NCBI GenBank assembly: GCA_902635945.1
Contig: CACPPU010000001.1
Span: 211,891 to 275,890 of the forward strand
Source: an uncultured Candidatus Actinomarina sp.
GTDB taxonomy: Bacteria; Actinomycetota; Acidimicrobiia; Actinomarinales; Actinomarinaceae
Length of the DNA stretch: 64,000 bases
Reading direction: 5' to 3'
The translations under genes and the position numbers were made by a program. The notes beneath the pieces were generated by a model, which ran no database searches, was not told where the DNA came from, and saw only the letters and a program-made list of their open reading frames with translations. Below are positions 54,795-64,000 of the stretch, piece by piece (the stretch's first letter is position 1; every line of letters begins with the position of its first letter).

Positions 54795-57677
54795 ATGGCA
54801 CAAATTCATAATTTAGAATCTAAAACTAGGTACGGATCAAGGTATGTTGCAGGTTTTATAATTCTTATTTCAAGTATTTTATTAGCAGGGTGGGTAGGTT
54901 TCTTCATCTTTTTACCGATTAAATCAAGTATGGAAGTTGTTACAAACCTTGAAGAAAAATTTTTACCGAGAGCAGAGGGTATGGTTCTAAATTTTGTCTC
55001 ATTGTCTGAGCCGTCAACAATTATTACATCTGACAATCAGATATTAGATGAATTGCATGACGGATTAAATAGGGATCCAATTCCATTGTCAGAGGTACCC
55101 TCATTTGTTATCAATACATTGCTTGCAGCAGAAGATAGTAACTATTACCTTCATGAAGGCGTTGATTTTGTTGCTATTTTAAGTGCAGCTCTTGACAATT
55201 TAAGAGGTGTTACACGTGGTGGATCAACAATTACTTCTCAGGTTGCAAAACAATCATTCGTTGGTGATGAAATCTCAGTTAGAAGAAAAGTTGCAGAAGC
55301 AGTAGTAGCAGCTGAGTTAGAGAGACGGTATACAAAAGACCAAATCTTGGAATACTATATAAACTCAATTTACTGGGGCTCTGGAGCATACGGTATACAA
55401 TCTGCTGCATATGAATACTTCGGTAAAGACATACGTGACATCACGTTGGATGAAGCAGCAACTCTAGTTGTTATTATTAGAAGCCCAGCTTATTACAATC
55501 CCAGAAAATATCCAGAGAGAGTCATCGAAAGAAGAAATGATGTTTTAAATATAATGCTCAAAGAGGGCTTTATAGTGGATATCCAAGCTAGATCGGCTAA
55601 GCTTGCTCCTCTTAATGTTATCGAATCAGTTCAAGTTGATTCACAAGCAGAACATGTTGTTGCAGAGGTAAAAAGACAATTACTAAATGACCCTCAGTTT
55701 GCTGTTTTAGGAAATACAAAAGAAGAAAGAAAAAAGAAAATATTTGGTTGCCCATCTGATGATACTTCCTGTACCGGAGGAGGTGGCTTAAGTGTTTATA
55801 TAACTTTAAATCTTGAATACCAAAAACATGCGAATCAGATATTAAATAAATGGGTACCTTCAGAAAATTTTGATGATGAAAATGATGAACCTAAACCAAC
55901 TGGAGTAATTACTTTATTGAATAATTTAACTGGTGGTATTGAAGTAATGGCTTCAGGAATTCCTTTTGAAGAAGAACAATATAACCTCGCAACTCAGGGG
56001 AAAAGAAATCCTGGTTCTGCTTTTAAACCAATTACTTTGTTAGCAGCTTTAGAATCTGGTTCTAAATTATACAGTTACAGAGACTCAAGAAGTCCAGTTG
56101 AAATAGATTGCGGTTACCCCTGTGCTCCTGATGGAGTGGGAACAAAATGGGTGGTTAGAAATTATGGTACTTCAATAACCGCCGATCGTTATTTAAATAA
56201 AATTCCTGCACAAGATAGAGCTATTGAACTTCAATGTGTTGGTTATCATGTTGAAGATATAAAAAATCTTGACTTTATTAAACAATTTCCACTTGTATCA
56301 AATTTAGATGAGATAGATGACGAAGAAGAAAAACTAATTGAAATTGGTAAAGCGTTAAATCAAATTGATGAAGAGGGTAACCCTATTGTTTATCAAGAAG
56401 ATACAGAAAATGTTAATTTTCCAGAAGGTACCACAGTAATTTCAGACCCCGAATTAATTGAACAACAAGCAAATACGACACAAATTGATACTGAGAGTGA
56501 AACTCAATACATTTTCAAACCTTGTAATGATAAAAGCGAGTACAACAGATCTGTAAAACTTTTAGACACATCTGGAATGATTTCATTAGAAGAAGCTACA
56601 AGAAGGTCAATAAACACTGTTTTCGCTCAAATGGCATCTGAGTTAGGTGGTGAAAAACTAGCGTCAACTGCAAACAGAATCGGCATAGATTCTGAGATTG
56701 ATCCGGTTATTTCTCTAACACTTGGTGCTGGCGCTGTTACACCTATAGAGATTGCATCCGCTTATTCTTCTTTTGCCACTAATGGCGTACTAGCACCGCC
56801 ATACCTAATTGAAAGAATAGAAGACTCAAATGGTGAAGTGCTATATCAAAATATAGTTTCGCAGAGAATTTCAATACCTGACCCTGGAGCTGCTGCTGCT
56901 GTAAGAAAAACATTAGAAGTAGCAGCACAATTTGGAACAGGCACAAGAGCAGTTCTAGATGACAGGCCTATTGCTGGAAAAACTGGCACTCACCAAGGCT
57001 TCAGAGAGGCGTGGTTTATAGGATTTATTCCTCAATATACCTCATCAGTATGGATTGGTTTTGCTGAAGAGCAACTTCCATTGACTGATGTAGAAATTAA
57101 TGGCGAAGTAATAAGAAATGTATCAGGAGGACGAGTTCCAGCACCAATGTGGAAAGAATTCATGACAAAAGTAGTTGAAAATCTTCCTGTTTTAGAATGG
57201 CCAAGTGACCCAAGTGATTTAGAGAAATATTATGAGATACCTACTGTATTTATCCCTGAACTGACTGGTCTGAATGTTCTAAATGCAGAAGAAATTGCAT
57301 TCTCAAACTATCTACTACCGGATATAAAGCTTGTAGATTCAGAAGAAGCACCTGGACTAGTGTTAACTCAGAGCATCGAAGTAGACGAAGAAGTTCCAGA
57401 AGGTACGGTAATTGAACTAGAGGTTTCAGGGCAAAAGTTCTCTGCGCCTATACCAAATATTCCTCCTTGTGAATTTACACCTGATGAAGCTGAAGATTTA
57501 ATCAAAACTTATATGAGAGAAAATAATGTCATTTTATTTTTAAAGAAAAATTTTGAATCAAGTGATATTCAAGGATGTGAAGGGAAGGTAATTGGAACAA
57601 ATGTCTCTCAAGGAGCAACTATGTCAACTGGAGACACTTTAATATTTATTGTTGAGAACTCTGAGGATAATTCTTAA
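54795..57677 (+). CDS. Class A penicillin-binding protein (GT51 transglycosylase + transpeptidase) with a C-terminal PASTA-like region
   Basis: EDSNYYLHEGVDF, GSTITSQVAK, SxxK (GSAFKP), SxN (SINTVF) and KTGT, after an N-terminal TM helix. Confidence 0.9.
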   Translation: MAQIHNLESKTRYGSRYVAGFIILISSILLAGWVGFFIFLPIKSSMEVVTNLEEKFLPRAEGMVLNFVSLSEPSTIITSDNQILDELHDGLNRDPIPLSEVPSFVINTLLAAEDSNYYLHEGVDFVAILSAALDNLRGVTRGGSTITSQVAKQSFVGDEISVRRKVAEAVVAAELERRYTKDQILEYYINSIYWGSGAYGIQSAAYEYFGKDIRDITLDEAATLVVIIRSPAYYNPRKYPERVIERRNDVLNIMLKEGFIVDIQARSAKLAPLNVIESVQVDSQAEHVVAEVKRQLLNDPQFAVLGNTKEERKKKIFGCPSDDTSCTGGGGLSVYITLNLEYQKHANQILNKWVPSENFDDENDEPKPTGVITLLNNLTGGIEVMASGIPFEEEQYNLATQGKRNPGSAFKPITLLAALESGSKLYSYRDSRSPVEIDCGYPCAPDGVGTKWVVRNYGTSITADRYLNKIPAQDRAIELQCVGYHVEDIKNLDFIKQFPLVSNLDEIDDEEEKLIEIGKALNQIDEEGNPIVYQEDTENVNFPEGTTVISDPELIEQQANTTQIDTESETQYIFKPCNDKSEYNRSVKLLDTSGMISLEEATRRSINTVFAQMASELGGEKLASTANRIGIDSEIDPVISLTLGAGAVTPIEIASAYSSFATNGVLAPPYLIERIEDSNGEVLYQNIVSQRISIPDPGAAAAVRKTLEVAAQFGTGTRAVLDDRPIAGKTGTHQGFREAWFIGFIPQYTSSVWIGFAEEQLPLTDVEINGEVIRNVSGGRVPAPMWKEFMTKVVENLPVLEWPSDPSDLEKYYEIPTVFIPELTGLNVLNAEEIAFSNYLLPDIKLVDSEEAPGLVLTQSIEVDEEVPEGTVIELEVSGQKFSAPIPNIPPCEFTPDEAEDLIKTYMRENNVILFLKKNFESSDIQGCEGKVIGTNVSQGATMSTGDTLIFIVENSEDNS

Positions 57678-59032
57678 TTATTTGCTTCTTTAGCTAGAAA
57701 GTTAAAATAGCCAAGAACTCCAAATCCTGTACCACCCTCTGGATAAATGGAACTGCTTGATCTAGACCTTGCAGGTCCAGCAATATCTAAATGTATCCAG
57801 TTTAGATCATCAACAAACTCTTCAAGAAGTAAAGCAGCTGTTATTGCTCCCCCAAACCTTCCCCCAGAGTTCTTCATATCAGCGATGTTAGATTTAATAA
57901 GTGATTTATAACTTTGTTCCAATGGGAGTGAATGATAGTTTTCAAACCCATCACTGTTAGAATCCAAAAAACTTTCTAGGGTACTTTTGTTATTAGAGAA
58001 AACTGCACCAATCTCAACGCCTAATGCAACATATGCTGCACCAGTAAGTGTGGCAACATCACATATAATGTCTGGCTTACTTTCGCTAGCAAAGGCTAGA
58101 GCATCAGCCATAATCAATCTGCCTTCAGCATCTGTATTCATAACCTCAATAGTTTTACCATTTCTCATGTTTAAAATATCACCTGGTCTAATCGCTGTAC
58201 CGCTAGGCATATTTTCAACTATGGGAGTATAAACTTTCAAGCCTATGTCTAAATCTTGTTTAGCTACTAGTGCAATTATTCCCCAAGCAGTTGCGGCACC
58301 AGCCATGTCTGTTTTCATTGTTTCCATACCAGCAGGAGATTTCAAAGAGAGTCCACCTGAGTCAAACAGAACACCTTTACCTATTAATGAAATCTGCTTT
58401 TTTGCTTTTGGATTATATTCTCCAACTAGAAATTTTGGAGATCTTTCGGAGCCTTGAGACACTCCAATAACTCCTCCCATATTATTTTCTTTAATCCATC
58501 CTTCATCATACGATTTAAAACTAATTTTTAATCCATCAATTAATTCCTCAACCTTAGCCTGAAAAAACTCTGGAGATTTAGTTAGTGCTGGAAAATTAAC
58601 CATATCTCGAACCCAAAATATTGAATTGACTTTATTTTCAATTTCTGTTGAGAATTCACTATTTAAAATATTTATATTTATTTCTTGAGACTTAGTTGAT
58701 TTGAAATTTTCAAATCGGTAAGTAGACAACATTATTCCTAATTCAATTAAATACATGTTTAAATTTTCAGCAATAGCGGTTAATTTCAAATCGCAATCAA
58801 TATTGATTTTTTTACCAATCGATGCTCCGAGATTTACAAAATCATATTCTGATTTGCAACCATCGGTACCAACTATGAGAAGCGCTGTCTCATCTGTTGA
58901 GTTGTAGTTTGACATATAAAACATTTGATTTTTTTTAGCTTCAAATTTATTGGCTTCAAACAAAATTCGATTTCCATCATAATTGTCAATGCTTTCATTA
59001 ACTCGATCTGTAAGTAGAACTTCAATTTTCAT
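57674..59032 (-). CDS. pepA: Leucyl aminopeptidase (M17)
   Basis: GKGVLFDSGG and NTDAEGRL. Confidence 0.9.
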   Translation of the reverse strand: MKIEVLLTDRVNESIDNYDGNRILFEANKFEAKKNQMFYMSNYNSTDETALLIVGTDGCKSEYDFVNLGASIGKKINIDCDLKLTAIAENLNMYLIELGIMLSTYRFENFKSTKSQEININILNSEFSTEIENKVNSIFWVRDMVNFPALTKSPEFFQAKVEELIDGLKISFKSYDEGWIKENNMGGVIGVSQGSERSPKFLVGEYNPKAKKQISLIGKGVLFDSGGLSLKSPAGMETMKTDMAGAATAWGIIALVAKQDLDIGLKVYTPIVENMPSGTAIRPGDILNMRNGKTIEVMNTDAEGRLIMADALAFASESKPDIICDVATLTGAAYVALGVEIGAVFSNNKSTLESFLDSNSDGFENYHSLPLEQSYKSLIKSNIADMKNSGGRFGGAITAALLLEEFVDDLNWIHLDIAGPARSRSSSSIYPEGGTGFGVLGYFNFLAKEANN

Positions 59033-59571
59033 TTACTTGATGTCCATTCTTTTTCAAAATCTCTCGCCATCATCCATAATAAGTCAGATAGTCTATTTAG
59101 ATATATTAAGACAAAAGTGTCCTCGATTTCATTAATTTTTTTCCATGCAACACATTTTCTCTCAGCTCTTCGTGATACAACTCTACACCAATCAAATTTT
59201 GAAGAAATACTATTTTCACCAGGAACTACAAAAAAATCTGGAATTCCATTCTTATCAGTTAAATAGTCTATATCTTTTTCAAGGCTTTCTACCATACTGC
59301 TAGTAACAAGTGTCTCTGCTGGTTTTAATTTTGATCTACTCTTTTTCGAAGTTGCGAGCTCTGCTCCAACAACAAACAATTCTCTTTGAATTCTTAAAAC
59401 GACTTCCTTGGTCTCAAGAGGTAGTTCTTTTTCATATCTGATTAGTCCCAGAGCAGCAACTAGTTCATCAACAGATCCATAAGCTTCAGGTGCGATACTG
59501 TCTTTGGATACAGCATCTCCATATAAAAGCCTGGTTTCACCTTTATCTCCTTTTTTGGTATAAATCTTCAT
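59029..59571 (-). CDS. PduO-type ATP:cob(I)alamin adenosyltransferase
   Basis: MKIYTKKGDKGETRL at the N-terminus of a 180 aa protein. Confidence 0.85.
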   Translation of the reverse strand: MKIYTKKGDKGETRLLYGDAVSKDSIAPEAYGSVDELVAALGLIRYEKELPLETKEVVLRIQRELFVVGAELATSKKSRSKLKPAETLVTSSMVESLEKDIDYLTDKNGIPDFFVVPGENSISSKFDWCRVVSRRAERKCVAWKKINEIEDTFVLIYLNRLSDLLWMMARDFEKEWTSSK

Positions 59572-59586
59572 AACTTAAGAATAGTG

Positions 59587-60249
59587 TTATAAAGAAAGTA
59601 TTAGTGTTCCAGAAGCTCCTAATGAAACGATGAGCGACAAATAACTTAATCCTGTACTGGCCATAACTCCTGTATATGATTTTTCTTGTAAAGATTTAAA
59701 TGATGCATATGAAAGTATCCCTGCTGAAATAAATAAAAAGACAATTACATTATTTAATAGTTCATTACCCACTATATTAAAAAATACTGTAGAACTTTCA
59801 TATATATTTGTAAGGACAGACAATGAGAGAATAAAAGAAAGATACATAGAAAACTTTGCTATGTTTTTCATGCCTTCTCGATTAATTGTAGGATCAACAA
59901 GGAACCAATGACCAATCATCATGGACGAAAATACAGCAGATATTAATAAAATAGGAACGAGATTTTTAACATTATTGATACCGATGACATTTAATGATGA
60001 AACAGTGAAAGATATAAAAGCAAGCACTAGATAATAAAATTTTTCATTCCTACTATATGCAATCAAATAAAATGCCAAAAAAAATACCCCTATTTGGGAA
60101 AAATTATTAAAAATCAAAAAAATATTTGCTGAAATAATAGCAACAAATAATATACTAAATCCTTTTTTGGGATTAGTAGAACGCACTATATACATCAAAA
60201 AAGGTATACAAAATGTTAAAAAAATGTAGGTGAATTCACTCAATTGCAT
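59587..60249 (-). CDS. Hypothetical polytopic membrane protein
   Basis: A 220 aa ORF with ~7 hydrophobic helices and no recognised motif. Confidence 0.45.
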   Translation of the reverse strand: MQLSEFTYIFLTFCIPFLMYIVRSTNPKKGFSILFVAIISANIFLIFNNFSQIGVFFLAFYLIAYSRNEKFYYLVLAFISFTVSSLNVIGINNVKNLVPILLISAVFSSMMIGHWFLVDPTINREGMKNIAKFSMYLSFILSLSVLTNIYESSTVFFNIVGNELLNNVIVFLFISAGILSYASFKSLQEKSYTGVMASTGLSYLSLIVSLGASGTLILSL

Positions 60250-60621
60250 ATGTTATTTACAATAATAGAAGTGTTTAAAAATATAATAAAAAATAATAGC
60301 AATCAAGCTTTAACGATTTCAATTCTACTCATGTTTTCAATAAGAATTGTTTCTAAAGAATCATCGCAATTATTTTCCCCAGTGTTAGTTTTTTCATTTA
60401 TTTCATATTTTCTAATGTTTACCATTGCATTAGAGGCACTCAAAAAAAATAAAATAATAGGTATTTACCTTTTTATGACGATTTTTTTTATTCCTCCTAA
60501 TATACTCCCAGAGTACAAAGGTCTATTGTTTCCTATTACATATCTCTCTCATTTCACTTATCTAGGTTATTTAATTTCATTAGAATTATTTAATAAGTGG
60601 AAAAAAAGTCATGAACTATGA
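60250..60621 (+). CDS. Hypothetical small membrane protein (uncertain)
   Basis: A hydrophobic ORF of ~123 aa from the ATG at 60250. The AT-rich sequence could produce it by chance. Confidence 0.3.
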   Translation: MLFTIIEVFKNIIKNNSNQALTISILLMFSIRIVSKESSQLFSPVLVFSFISYFLMFTIALEALKKNKIIGIYLFMTIFFIPPNILPEYKGLLFPITYLSHFTYLGYLISLELFNKWKKSHEL

Positions 60622-60651
60622 AATATACGCTATGTACCCTAAAATGAAATA

Positions 60652-63615
60652 ATGAAACAGGGTCTTAAGAAAACTTCATTCTTTCTTATTGTATTTTTTG
60701 CAACTACTTTTCTTATTAATTTACAAAAAGAGCCTGCATTTGCACATAAAGTGCCAACAAGTATTACTTTAAATTGTGCAGATAATGCGGTAGCTCCTCT
60801 AAACAATTTAAAAGACATTCAAACTTTTCTTAGTTGTAACGGTTTTAATCCTGGCCCAATAGATGGACTTGCAGGTTCAAGAACTGACGGAGCAATCAAA
60901 AGCTTTCAAAAAACTGTAGGCCTTTTAGCAGATGGTGAAGTGGGGCCTGCAACAAAGCAAGCTATGAGAAGTTACAGTTCTGTCTCATTTACGTTCCAAG
61001 GAAGTGGCTGGGGTCACGGAGTTGGGCTTAGTCAATATGGAACAAAAGGATTGACTGAGTTGGGAGCTAGTTTTTGTTCCAACACAAGTTCGTGTAGCTC
61101 TAATGAAGTTGTGAGTTATTATTTTCAAGGTACTTCTGTAAAACAGTTATCAGAAATTAACTTATCATCACCAGATATAGCAACAAACAATAACGCATTA
61201 TGGGTTGGACTAGCTCGAAATGCAAGGTCTATAAACTTAACTACTCTTCCTTCTTCAAGTCCCCCAACCTTATTTATATGTCAGGAAAATCTACCTCAAG
61301 TAGCAGGAGTCCAAGCATTTCTTTCATCAAGAGGCTTTGACCCAGGTACTGTAGATGGTGCATTAGGTGAAAGGACTGCAAATGCTCTTAAAAATTACCA
61401 AGCTTCTGTAGGTATAGGACAATCTGGAACTATAAATGATGAAACTTTAAATAAGATTAAATCCGATGCAACTTCCGATGGGCCATGCGAATCAGATTTT
61501 GGTCCATTAAAAATAGCAGGTGGTGCAACCATAAATATAATTTATTCGAATGGAAATTGCTACTTTACTGGACACCCCTTACTATCAAAAGTTCCTGCAT
61601 CATGCAATATTGGAATTAGCTGGTCTGACGGAGGACGAATTAGAGTTGGTCCGAGAGAACATAAACATGGCATTCTTAAGTTAAGAAACAAAAATGTATC
61701 AAGTGGTTTTCATGTATCACTAGCTGTAAATATTGAAAAGTATTTATATGGCCTAGCTGAAATGCCATCTCATTGGAATGTGAAAGCGCTTGAAGCTCAA
61801 GCTTTAGTTGGTAGAAGTTATGCTGTCTTCCAGTATTTAAAGCAAAACATTCCCTCAGAAAAAACTGATATTGATGCTGGATTATCAAGCTCAAGAAAAG
61901 ATTATTGTTGGTGCCATATAGGCTCAACAGCCTCTAGTCAATATTACTATGGGTATTTGAAAGAAATTGCTGGACCAAATTGGGTGCAAGCAGTTAACAA
62001 TACATCAGGAAAAGTCATTACATATGACGGAGGATATACTCAAAGTACTGTTGTTCAAGCATTTTATTCATCATCAACTGGTGGAAAAACTAATGATAAT
62101 GTAGTTGGATTTGGCTCAGCTACACCTTGGCCATATTTAAAAACAGTTGACGACCCATGGTCAGTAGACAACAGAGTTGGAAACCCCAAAGCTGCGTGGT
62201 CATACGACTTCAGCTCTTATCAGCTATCCAAAAATATTCTTTGTGGTGACACTCCATGCTTTGATGCTATAACAGATATTTATGTATCATCTGTTTCTGA
62301 GTCAGGCGCTGCTTTACAGGTCACAATGAAAGGTTTTAAAAATGGCTCAGCAAAAACTGTAACTAAATCCGGTAGAAATATTAAATCTCAATTAGGATTC
62401 ACTTCTCATTATTTCAAAACTTCAAGTCAGTCAGATATTTCGAATTTAAGCATTGGACCAATTACTGCAAATAGTACTACAACAACTGCTGTTGAAAATT
62501 CATCAAGCTCAACAGGTGACACTCCGCAGTATGCAACTTCTTCTAGTGGTCTAAACTACTTATCAAAAGCAGGACTTTTAAATGTTTGTAATGAAACATC
62601 AAGTGCATGCCAAGCAAAAACAATTTCAAGAGAAGAAGCTGCAGCAGTTGTAACTGTTGTTGGTGGGGTCTCTCTCGATGCACCAAATGCGTATAGTGAC
62701 GATGATCAAAGTTTGTACCAACAAGCAACAAATGCCTTGCCTTATTATGGAATGCAAGTTTGTTTTGGTAGCCCATTTCAAATTGAACCATCTGAAACTG
62801 TTTCCAGAGATGAACTCGCTTGTTTACTTGTAAAGTCTATTAAAGCTGGAACAACAGAAAATCTTAGTGGTTCAATTGATAAGTTTTCTGATGAGGGTGC
62901 AAGTAAATGGACGAATGAAATAAATGTACTTGCAGCAAATGATGTAATACCAGCATGTAGTGACTTAAGTGATAAATTTTGTCCAAGTCGAAAAATAACA
63001 ATAGGAGAAGTTTCATATATTGTAAATAGACTAGTTGAGAAGTCCCTAATTCCAACATCGGTTTTTGATGTTAATCCATTCCAAGCAGGCTGGGCAGCAA
63101 ATGGTGGTGAAGTAACACAAGCATCATCAACAGCTGTTTCCAATCCTAATGCAGGGAATGATGCATGCGTACCTCAGGACAACAGCTCTCTAGTTATCAA
63201 TTCAACTTTAGACATTCAACAATTCCTTTCCAACAATGGATTTAATCCTGGACCAATTGATGGTCAATCTGGTCCAAAAACTAAAAATGCAATTGTTTCC
63301 TTCCAAAAAGAAAATGGACTTTTAGCAGATGGAATTGCTGGAAATAAAACTAAAGCTGCAATGAGAGCATACACGGGTTGTAAAAGTGAAAATTTTTGCG
63401 TAGCAAGAGACAATAGGTCAGCAAAACTTGACTCTATTGCAGATGTTCAAACCTATTTAGCAAACAACGGTTTTAACCCAGGAATTATAGATGGAAAAAT
63501 GGGATCGTATACAAGAGAAGCAATTAAGGCCTTCCAAAGAAAAGTTGGATTAATTCCAGATGGAGTTGCTGGGGCAAGAACTAAATCAGCAATGAAGTCT
63601 TATACGGGCTGTTAG
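60652..63615 (+). CDS. Secreted SpoIID/LytB-domain protein with four peptidoglycan-binding (PG_binding_1-like) modules and SLH-like segments
   Basis: GWGHGVGLSQYGTKG, AQALVGRSYAV and SSSTGGKT (SpoIID). The motif F/YL..NGFNPG.IDG..G..T..AI..FQ...GL..DG..G..T appears four times. FSDEGASKWTNEINVLAANDVIP...FCPSRKITIGEVSYIVNRL is SLH-like. Confidence 0.8.
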   Translation: MKQGLKKTSFFLIVFFATTFLINLQKEPAFAHKVPTSITLNCADNAVAPLNNLKDIQTFLSCNGFNPGPIDGLAGSRTDGAIKSFQKTVGLLADGEVGPATKQAMRSYSSVSFTFQGSGWGHGVGLSQYGTKGLTELGASFCSNTSSCSSNEVVSYYFQGTSVKQLSEINLSSPDIATNNNALWVGLARNARSINLTTLPSSSPPTLFICQENLPQVAGVQAFLSSRGFDPGTVDGALGERTANALKNYQASVGIGQSGTINDETLNKIKSDATSDGPCESDFGPLKIAGGATINIIYSNGNCYFTGHPLLSKVPASCNIGISWSDGGRIRVGPREHKHGILKLRNKNVSSGFHVSLAVNIEKYLYGLAEMPSHWNVKALEAQALVGRSYAVFQYLKQNIPSEKTDIDAGLSSSRKDYCWCHIGSTASSQYYYGYLKEIAGPNWVQAVNNTSGKVITYDGGYTQSTVVQAFYSSSTGGKTNDNVVGFGSATPWPYLKTVDDPWSVDNRVGNPKAAWSYDFSSYQLSKNILCGDTPCFDAITDIYVSSVSESGAALQVTMKGFKNGSAKTVTKSGRNIKSQLGFTSHYFKTSSQSDISNLSIGPITANSTTTTAVENSSSSTGDTPQYATSSSGLNYLSKAGLLNVCNETSSACQAKTISREEAAAVVTVVGGVSLDAPNAYSDDDQSLYQQATNALPYYGMQVCFGSPFQIEPSETVSRDELACLLVKSIKAGTTENLSGSIDKFSDEGASKWTNEINVLAANDVIPACSDLSDKFCPSRKITIGEVSYIVNRLVEKSLIPTSVFDVNPFQAGWAANGGEVTQASSTAVSNPNAGNDACVPQDNSSLVINSTLDIQQFLSNNGFNPGPIDGQSGPKTKNAIVSFQKENGLLADGIAGNKTKAAMRAYTGCKSENFCVARDNRSAKLDSIADVQTYLANNGFNPGIIDGKMGSYTREAIKAFQRKVGLIPDGVAGARTKSAMKSYTGC

Positions 63616-64000
63616 CCAAGATAGTTTCTGATTTTTTTTCCAATAGATTCAGCATTAACATTGAAAAACTCTGCTAAAGCATTTTCTGGTGCAGATTTGC
63701 CGAATGTCTGAACGCTAAAAGATTCTGTTATATTACCAATGTAATCTGACCATCCAGCAGCTTTACCTAACTCAATAGTAAAGGTAAATTTATTGTTATT
63801 TAATGACTCAGATATTTTAGGAGTCAGTTTATTTAGTATTGGTACGCTTACAACTTGAACTGAATATTCTTTAAGTGTTTCTTTTATCTCTAACGCTAAA
63901 TTAACTTCAGAGCCTGATGCAAAAATAGTTAAATCTTCACCTTTGGAAATTATAAAACCACCATTTAGAAAATCTGAATAATCGACATCGTAATCTAAAA
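63612..64000 (-). CDS. tkt: Transketolase (C-terminal ~129 codons; N-terminus lies beyond the window end)
   Basis: Manual minus-strand translation: ...GEDLTIFASGSEVNLALE...SVQTFGKSAPENALAEFFNVNAESIGKKIRNYLG*, a typical transketolase C-terminus. Confidence 0.85.
   Translation of the reverse strand, partial: LDYDVDYSDFLNGGFIISKGEDLTIFASGSEVNLALEIKETLKEYSVQVVSVPILNKLTPKISESLNNNKFTFTIELGKAAGWSDYIGNITESFSVQTFGKSAPENALAEFFNVNAESIGKKIRNYLG

Overview
This is an AT-rich (roughly one third G+C by eye, not computed), very gene-dense 64 kb chromosomal segment. It holds about 60 CDS, mostly on the minus strand, with many 1-30 nt gene overlaps. Despite the low GC, the gene content looks actinobacterial. 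It includes a WhiB-family regulator next to a DUF3107-like gene, F420 genes cofD/cofE plus a PPOX-class enzyme, and tRNA-Gln-glmU-prs. It also has prfB-ftsE-ftsX-(M23 peptidase)-smpB, a manB/PMI/ahcY block, a class A PBP with a PASTA tail, and an LAxTG motif paired with a class E-like sortase. From this I infer a streamlined low-GC actinobacterium. The RNA genes are tRNA-Gln(UUG) and tmRNA. Most of the window is housekeeping. Four things stand out. (1) A 7.6 kb gene (4372..11958, minus) encodes a giant repeat-rich surface protein. Its complete LANTG cell-wall sorting signal is not C-terminal: it continues in frame, with no stop, through a second TM helix into a sortase catalytic domain, so substrate and enzyme share one polypeptide. 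A TetR regulator and an unknown polytopic membrane protein sit immediately downstream. (2) An AhpD/CMD-family gene (28550..29110) has an in-frame TGA exactly where the second Cys of the N-x-C-x-Y-C-x-x-x-H motif belongs, with a GGUC-looped hairpin 25 nt downstream. This makes it a candidate selenoprotein, and the ORF track split it. (3) prfB has the canonical +1 frameshift site. (4) A perfect TGTGA-N6-TCACA palindrome lies upstream of whiB. All functional calls come from reading motifs in the supplied translations or my own manual translations; no database search was run.
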